Source: Octopus vulgaris
Lineage: Eukaryota
DNA: 64,000 nucleotides
Assembly: GCA_951406725.2 (NCBI GenBank)
Contig: OX597819.1
Span: forward strand, 106,144,001 to 106,208,000
Reading direction: 5' to 3'
Below the pieces are notes generated by a model. That model was not told the DNA's origin. It ran no database searches and saw only the letters and a program-made list of their open reading frames with translations. Numbering within the stretch: the stretch's first letter is position 1; the number at the start of each line of letters is the position of its first letter. A program made the position numbers and the translations under genes. Of the stretch, positions 55,799 through 64,000 are shown in pieces.

Positions 55799-55953
55799 AC
55801 CTTTGTGTCTGTGTTTGTCCTTCCCCTCCCACAAAAAGACTGATAGAATAAGTACCAAGCGTAAAGAATAAGTCCTAGGATCGATTTGTTCCACTACAAA
55901 CACTACAACGCCGTGCTCCATCATGGCTGCCGTCAAATGACTGAAACGAGTAA
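55625..55953 (+). mobile_element. SINE family A copy (diverged)
   Basis: Homologous to 36148-36545. Confidence 0.75.
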
Positions 55954-55969
55954 AATATACCAGTATAAA

Positions 55970-56093
<124 letters not shown>

Positions 56094-56588
56094 AACATGC
56101 ATACATACAAACACGGACATATATATATAGTCACAATGAGGTATTAAAACCTCATATAGGGATATTTTATCCATGATACACTGGTTTAATATATTATATA
56201 TTCAAGAGCTATATCTTCACTGAATATATTATATAAAATATCGTAAAATATTGAATAGTATCATCGAGTTAAATAACAGAGATAGCTTATGGATATAATT
56301 CATTTTATTAATTAGTTAACATGTTAATTAATTATTAAATTTATTTGTATCCATTAGATCTCTCTGTTCTCTATTTCAATAATACTGACATGTATATATA
56401 TATATATATATATTTATATTTTCCTTTTGGGGCTGGCCAGATCGGAGCAATCTCAAGATTAATCAGCCGAAATTGCGAGGATGATCCGGTTCTTGACTGA
56501 AGATTGAAGGCTTCGAATAACAAAGTGTTTTTTGTATCGTCTTCTAAATGTTTCACGTTCTTGTCCCAGTTTGTATTTTTTTACATTT

Positions 56589-56657
<69 letters not shown>

Positions 56658-58552
56658 CATATATGCAGAAAATTAATATAGACAGCAGTGTGCAATGTTT
56701 TACCAAAAAGGAAACGCATGATTGTTACTAAATATGACTTGGGTATCAAAAACACCTACATTGATAGAAATAAAAGATAAAATACTTTAATGCTGTCCCC
56801 AAAATAAATACATATATACTGACAGGGACTATAATCACCCGAAAACAGGTTTATGTATGTATGTATGTATGTATGTATGTATGTATGTATGTATGTATGT
56901 ATGTATGTATGTATGTACGTATGTATGTATGTATAACTCAAGCAGCACTCAATTTATTCGTGAAACTATTTCAAACATTATGTGTTTATGGAAGAACTTA
57001 AGTGTATATCATGCTGGAAATAGTATTTTGTGGTTGGGTCGATAAATTAAGTGCCAGTTACGCACTGGGGTCGATGTAATCGACTTAATCCGTTTGTCTG
57101 TCCTGTGTTTAGCCCCTTGTGGGTAGTAAAGAAATATATATATTCTTCGTTAACGCATTTTGAATTTTGTCTCACCAATATTGTGTTTCATCACCTGATT
57201 AAATGGTTGTTTCGCGGTTTGGACGGAAGGCATTGTGTGTAAGTAACATTCTATCCGTTCTATCTCAACCGCAACACATTGAAATTATCTGTTATATTAA
57301 AGATTTTTGTCAGTTCTCATTCTTTCGTTGGCTAAGTTTTCGCGATGATCTGAAATGAATGAAATGTGACCTTGTGAAATGAAATGTGGCTTCATATGAA
57401 ATGTGACCTATTTTAATTTTGCTTTTGTGTCGGTGAAGATTGAGGCACTTATAAATATTTCAATTAAAGGAAGCCTTAACCAAAACGCCAACAGATTCAG
57501 CAAGCTATTTATAATATAAACATGAAAACCAATCCGTCCCCACAAGAAAAAGAGAGACAGAAAAGAAAGTTACTGCATGGTGGGAAATTGTAACTCATAT
57601 AACCCTATCAAAGCACGGGTTGTTTTAAGGTGATAGACGAACAACTTCCTCCAGCAGGAGAAATTCCTCCAGCTATTTTGTACATAGCAGATTTTATTCC
57701 CAGCGTAGCTTTTTCTTCTACGGCCACGAATATAGAGAAATACATCCCCTTGTGACTGTCTATCATATTTATATTGAAAATAAGATAATCAGCATGTTTC
57801 ACATTTTGTACAGTGCTTGTATTATTGTAGGAAATCCTGAGCTGTTTCGACGTGTGCATTGAAGTCTCAGTAGCAATCTTAATACAAATACACATGGTGT
57901 GCAGGTTATAAGTGTAAAACTTATAACCCACACACCAAGGGTTTACTATCTATAAATCTTAAATCGTTATACTCATCTTCCGTCAGTCCATCAAAATTAG
58001 ACTTTCCTAAGTTATCTTTACTTAATGAAATGTTTTGTTTTCTTTTTCTAGTTTAAGTCTTCCAATGTTAATACTCCCATTGTCTGTTCTACTAATTTAA
58101 AACTAAAGTAACACACTTACGTCGCATTCATCTGGTAGTTTCATCCATTATTACTTTCACTTTCATTACATTTAATGATGACCGTTAAATTAGGTCAACT
58201 TGTATACGCACAAAAACGCATTAATACAGTAATATTGTTCTGCTTATATATTCCAGTACTATGATATGCATGTATGTATCTCTGCGTATGAGTATATATA
58301 TTTATGTGTGTAAGTGTGCATATTTGTATATATATATATGTATGCATATAAGTACGTATACATACATACACACACACACACACATACATTATGGCTTCGA
58401 TTTTAGCGTGCTGTTACCGCTTGTAGCACCTTTAATTAATTAATATATATATATATATATATGTATGCATATATACATGGCTGTATATGTATGTATATAT
58501 ATATATATATATACACGTGTGTGTGTGCGTGTATGTCTTTCTGTATGTATAC

Positions 58553-58621
<69 letters not shown>

Positions 58622-59866
58622 ATAGTCCAAATATAGTCCAAAACGAGAAAAATGTCTGAACGATCACATCAAATTGCTTGTGGAGTTAGCCTTCAAGTCC
58701 TATTTCTTTGAAGGAATGAACAATAAACATTGATTAATGAGAACGAGGGTAGAAATTAAAGAAAATATATCACAATTTACAGCAGATGTTAAGTATAGAA
58801 GACTTGACTGTCAATAGGATGTGTGTATGTGTAAATATATATAAGCGTGTGTTTGTGTAGATATGTGTAAATATATATAAATGCATGAGTGTATTTGCGT
58901 GTTCATGAGTGTATATATTTCTATAAAATTGCAATACTCTACACTCAATAAACTGATAGCACAGAGCTAGATCGAAAGTACAACCTATGAGAGTGTAATG
59001 TGAATACGCTTTCACTCATTCATGCACAGATACGCACATACATTTACGTGTATATGTATGTATGGAAGGATTATGTATGTATCTATCTCGCTCTCTTCGT
59101 ATACTTAGAGGTGTGTGGAGTGGTGGTGCTTGTGCGTGTGAATGTTGCTTCGTACTTTTATACAACTATAATACCGACATTAGTCCATACTGTGCCTCTA
59201 AATATGTCAAGTCCAAGGAGCTAAAATATCGTGTTTGTGTGCTTACACAAACACACGCACACACAAACACGCACACATATATACACATGCACAGGCACAC
59301 GCACACACACTCGCATACACATACACTCACACACACACACTCACTCACACACATACACACAGTCACACACACTCGCTTACACGCATGCTTCGAGCGGTAA
59401 TGAGGTAAGATGAAATCAGTGGCTATTGGCATATATTTGAACACCATTAGCACATTAATTGTCCTGCAACGTCATTAGAAGTCGAGACACCAACATGCGG
59501 AAAAGTTACAGAATATATTTATGTCCTACCTATATGCACATACATACACGTACACACACATCAATACACACACACAAACACGCACACGCACACACACACA
59601 CACAATGTACAAATATACAACGTTTGATAATTGGTGCGCATTCAAAGCCAGTGAATAGCAATGGCGATACCAGTTTGACTTTGAATTTCTTTAACAATTT
59701 AAAATAATGAATTTAATTTCTCTAAATTCTACATTGGTTCATCTAATTGCATTTATTTAATTATCGTTACTTTTCATAAAATAGCCTATATTCTTTTGGT
59801 ATTCAATGTGCATTTTCGCTTTTTTCCACGTGTAGTTTCTATTTTCTTTTTGAAATATATTTCTAT

Positions 59867-59944
<78 letters not shown>

Positions 59945-59970
59945 CATATGCAGTTACATACACAGAGTAC

Positions 59971-60345
59971 AAACCTCTTTGGTCATGAAGCACCATGAGA
60001 TTGCACCTAGGAAGTTTTTCACCGAGGAACAAGTCCTATAAACAATCTTACTAGGACTTGTTCCTCGGTGGAAAACTTTCTAGGTGCAATCTCATGGTGC
60101 TTCATTACCAAAGATTGTTTACGGAAGGCCAGCAATCGCCCATGCATTCCGGCCTCTCCACACCACGCCATCGATGTTATGCAAAGAAAAAGCCGATACA
60201 GCTTGGCACCCGTGAAGTACAGCACCAGAGAAATAGCAACTCGTTCTACATCCGAGTGAACTGGAGCAACGTGAAATAAAGTGTTTTGCTCAAGAACACA
60301 ACACACAGCTCGGTTCGGGAATCGAACTCATTATATCATGATTGA
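59971..60345 (-). mobile_element. SINE family B copy with an internal inverted duplication
   Basis: Homologous to 41262-41594. Arms at 59976-60038 and 60052-60114. Confidence 0.8.
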
Positions 60346-60410
60346 CAGCTCGAGGAATCAAAATCATAATTGCTTGCAACACCCTAATCACTAGTCTACG
60401 CGCCTGCCTA

Positions 60411-60529
<119 letters not shown>

Positions 60530-60581
60530 GGCGCCGCAGCATGAACGCAGCTTTGAATCTTTAACATTTTAAAAAGATTCA

Positions 60582-60636
<55 letters not shown>

Positions 60637-60737
60637 TAAAAACGGTAAGATAACAAAAGAAAGAAAGAGACCTCAATATTATGTAAATAGAGGAAATTTA
60701 TCTATAAAATAATATGTTACAATTACTCAATAGTCAA

Positions 60738-60798
60738 GATAAAACTCTGAGTTTCAGATGCCGAAGTGGAAATCCACAACACCATCTCTTCGGTTATC
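60738..60798 (-). ncRNA. Hammerhead-like motif (CCGAAGA core), paralogue of 33428-33488
   Basis: GATAA-CCGAAGA-GATG..GTGG attt CCAC..CATC-T-GAAA-CTCAGAG-TT-TTATC. Confidence 0.55.
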
Positions 60799-60856
60799 TG
60801 GCCATCTGAAAAAACGTTATGAAAAAATACCGTTATATAAGGGGAAATTACTGTGT

Positions 60857-60887
<31 letters not shown>

Positions 60888-61180
60888 TAAAACTCAAAAT
60901 TTGTTTGTTTTCTTGCCATTTGATTAAGATGATAAGGATTACAAATAAAATAGTCATTCCCCCTTTAAAAAAATAATCAATTTGAAAATGTCGGCGCTTC
61001 AAAAGTCCTCTTAGATACCGCCGTCCGTCCTTTTTTCTTAGTTTTTTTTTTTTGAGAGTGCCATAGTTTTAAAAGATATAAATTGTCCCTATATTTCTGA
61101 GATATTTTTGAATCACGGGCACTTGATTTTTTTTCTTTACGAGTGAAATTACTATTTTATTTAAAATAAAATATTAATCT

Positions 61181-61241
<61 letters not shown>

Positions 61242-61826
61242 TATATATATATATGATTGTGTGTCTGCATTTGTCCCCACAACATTGCTTGACAACCGAT
61301 GCTGGTGTGTTTACATCCCCGTCACATAGCGGTTCGGCAAGAGAGACCGATATAATAAGTACTAGGCTTACAAAGAATAAGTCCCGAGGCCGCAGTCAAA
61401 TGACTGACACAAATAAGAGAATAAAAGAAAAAAGAATATATATATGTCATGATATATATTCCCCACTTAACTGTGACTGACCCATGTAGGACGATGCTAC
61501 TGTTGTTTATAGCCCCAGGAAGACATCTCCTCCAGCTGGCTAATGACACGCTGTATCGGAGCAGTATTTGCGAAGGGAGATCACCATTCCCATCTCTTGC
61601 CTTACACGAAACACACGGACCCGGGTATTTGGGTAGTCATCAGCATGTGACAATAACCAGCTAGGGATGGGAACTGATTCCAAGAGCAAAATACTATACG
61701 CTTTTTCCATGAACAAACCATCGCTCGACTCGAAAAAGGAGAAACAAGCAATAATAAATCTTTGGGCGAGATGTAAAACGACGTCGTGCTGCTAGTGTTT
61801 ACATCTCGCTCAGAGATTTAATATTG

Positions 61827-61887
<61 letters not shown>

Positions 61888-61985
61888 TTAATCCAAACAA
61901 GAAAGCAGAAAAAAAACACAACAACGCGAGGATGTGGAACAAATATAGTATTATTGGACACTCAGGAAAGAAGGAAACAAGGAGG

Positions 61986-62020
61986 GCTTAACGTTTCGAG
62001 CGGAGCTCTTCGTCGGAAAC
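61986..62020 (-). ncRNA. Minimal hammerhead-like motif, paralogue of 30289-30323
   Basis: GTTT-CCGACGA-A-GAGC tcc GCTC-GAAA-CG-TT-AAGC. Confidence 0.65.
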
Positions 62021-62102
62021 ATAAGAGAAGGAAAGATCCAGAGAAGGGAAGACAGGAAAAAAAACTCGCCAACGGTACACACGCGGTCACATTTTGAAAA
62101 TG

Positions 62103-62156
<54 letters not shown>

Positions 62157-62162
62157 CATGTA

Positions 62163-62400
62163 TACAGAGTGTAACAGATAAATTGGGACCATTTAAATAT
62201 CTTTATTATAATTGGTATCAAACACTGCAAGTTTTATGTTTATGCTAATTTATTGTGGAGTGTTTAGCACTTATTTCAGTTCAATGTGACCGCCATTTGC
62301 TTTCTCTGCAAGTTCAATCTGTTTACGAAATGATGCGCATGCCTTAACTATTTTTTCGCTCTTCATTTTACCGAATGCTCCTTGATCGAAGCCTTCAGTA
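62163..62400 (-). mobile_element. Tc1/maT-like transposase C-terminus and TIR
   Basis: Reads LKASI..KIVKACASFRKQIELAEKANGGHIE*. Terminus is TA-cagagtgtaacagataaattgggacca. Confidence 0.75.
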
Positions 62401-62685
62401 AAGACACACAATGTATTAGCATTGACTTTATAGATGTAGTTATGAGGGATAGTTTTGTTAAGCTGGTCGATTGGTGCATTGCAGTTATATGTATGGAGCT
62501 GGAGATTATTTTGAATAAATTTACTAGGGTTGGGTTTAGCTGTTGGTGGATTTCGGAGTTTGTTGTTAAGATTTCGAATATCTCCGACAATGTTGGTAGT
62601 AGTGGTGGAAAAGAACAATTTTATACATTGGGTATTTTATACAATTTATTGATTCGGAGTTTTATAGATGTTATAGATAGTGGTT
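62400..62685 (-). mobile_element. Inverted partial copy of the adjacent Penelope-like element
   Basis: aaactccgaaatccaccaacagcta..ccctagtaaatt..cagctccatacatat..cttaacaaaacta.ccctcataactacat is shared with 63195-63350 on the + strand. Confidence 0.8.
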
Positions 62686-63965
62686 AAATATATCCGTACG
62701 TGAACTTCTCCTCCAAATCCACTCCGTCCTAAGGCCTATTGCAGAAAGCATGTCCTACCGGATCTCTTCATTATCTGTTAATCAAGATTTATTAGATCAA
62801 CATGCTGAATACTACAACAGATATAAACACTCAGTTAATATACCCATGTAGGACATTCCCCTCTCAACTAAACCCAGAACAAAAACCCTCTTCTCCATCC
62901 CTCCAATATCCATCCAAATATCAGAGTTGCAAACAACCAGACAAACCCCCCACCTGATAACCTCTAATCCTACATACACCACAGCCCACCAAAACAGACA
63001 TCAACACACACCTCCAAAAACCCTATCTCAACCCAGGTAACCGCCGTAAACTGATTAAATAAACAAGAACCCGGGACGTCATCTGGTTCCACCCCCTTGC
63101 CTTTAACGTTCAGTACCGAAACTCGTCACCACCATACTCGAAAAAACTTTCCCTAAATCTAACCCTCTTAGAAAAATATTTAAGACTAAATCAACAAGAA
63201 ACTCCGAAATCCACCAACAGCTATACCCCCACCCTAGTAAATTCATCCAACTCAACCCCAGCTCCATACATATGAACCCAATGCACCATCGAACCCGCTT
63301 AACAAAACTAACCCTCATAACTACATTTATAATGCCACTGCTAACACCCGAGCGTTAAATGTACCACAAAGCTCAAATATACCTCCTGTCATAATAGCGA
63401 ACATCCCAGAGGATACCGCCAAGCAAAATAATTATCATACCATACAACCAAAAAACACCATCACCCTCAACCTGTTATCAAATGATAACCTTAACACCAA
63501 CTATATAATAACGAACAATCTTCTCAGAAGCTCATCTGGAACACCCCTACAAACACCTATGCAACTTCAGACGCCTTACCTCATGTCCTTTAGATAACCG
63601 CTGTCTCACTAGAAATACAGTTTACAAGTGCACAGTATCAACTAACAACTGTAACTGCATTTACACCGGCTTAAGTAGCACCACCTTCAAAGCTAATGGT
63701 GAGTAATCACTACTCTGGCTTTTAATCCCACATAAAATCTAACAGTACATAATTATCTCAACTTAGTAAACGAACGCTTCATCCAACCTCATTACACTCT
63801 CAAACGATCCATAGTCATCCACACCAAACTTTACAGCGCATACAACAAGTGTAGTCTATGCATAGCCGAGGTCATGGCTATTTTGCAATGCACGGATTGA
63901 ATAAACGCAACAGTATAATATTCACCTGCGAACATCGGGCACTAAACATCTTCTCAAAATACAAA
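62685..63965 (+). mobile_element. Decayed Penelope-like element, Naiad-like (RT thumb and GIY-YIG)
   Basis: Peptides IAESMSYRISSLS, RTRDVIWFHP, FPKSNPLRKIF, CNFRRLTSCPLDNRCLTRNTVYKCTV..IYTGLSSTTFK and KCSLCIAE..LNKRN..CEHR. Confidence 0.8.
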
Positions 63966-64000
63966 TAATTACAACCACACCCAGATCTTGTCTTCCCATT

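Noticed and set aside
57608-57931. 107-aa ORF as a host exon
   Set aside because: No recognisable domain or convincing splice-site pair.

Overview
AT-rich eukaryotic, repeat-saturated DNA (intergenic or intronic). The dense (TA)n/(TATC)n/(TACA)n/(CA)n microsatellites and the SINE families look like an octopus or other coleoid cephalopod genome (inference). I found no intact host protein-coding gene, and most long ORFs in the track are translated microsatellites. The window holds decayed Tc1/mariner/maT/pogo DNA transposons and MITEs, three tRNA-derived SINE families, a Tx1/L1 3' fragment, a bipartite RTE with a perfect 14-bp TSD, a probable Helitron helicase relic, and Penelope-like element (PLE) GIY-YIG remnants of two clades. 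The most notable signal is a set of at least six unrelated short repeat families, usually sitting in (TA)n and often with fold-back arms. Each carries a minimal type I hammerhead-ribozyme-like motif (CYGANGA-stem II-GAAA-palindromic stem III-UH). One family appears to join a tRNA-derived Pol III head to a hammerhead tail. All motifs were read by eye and ribozyme activity is untested.
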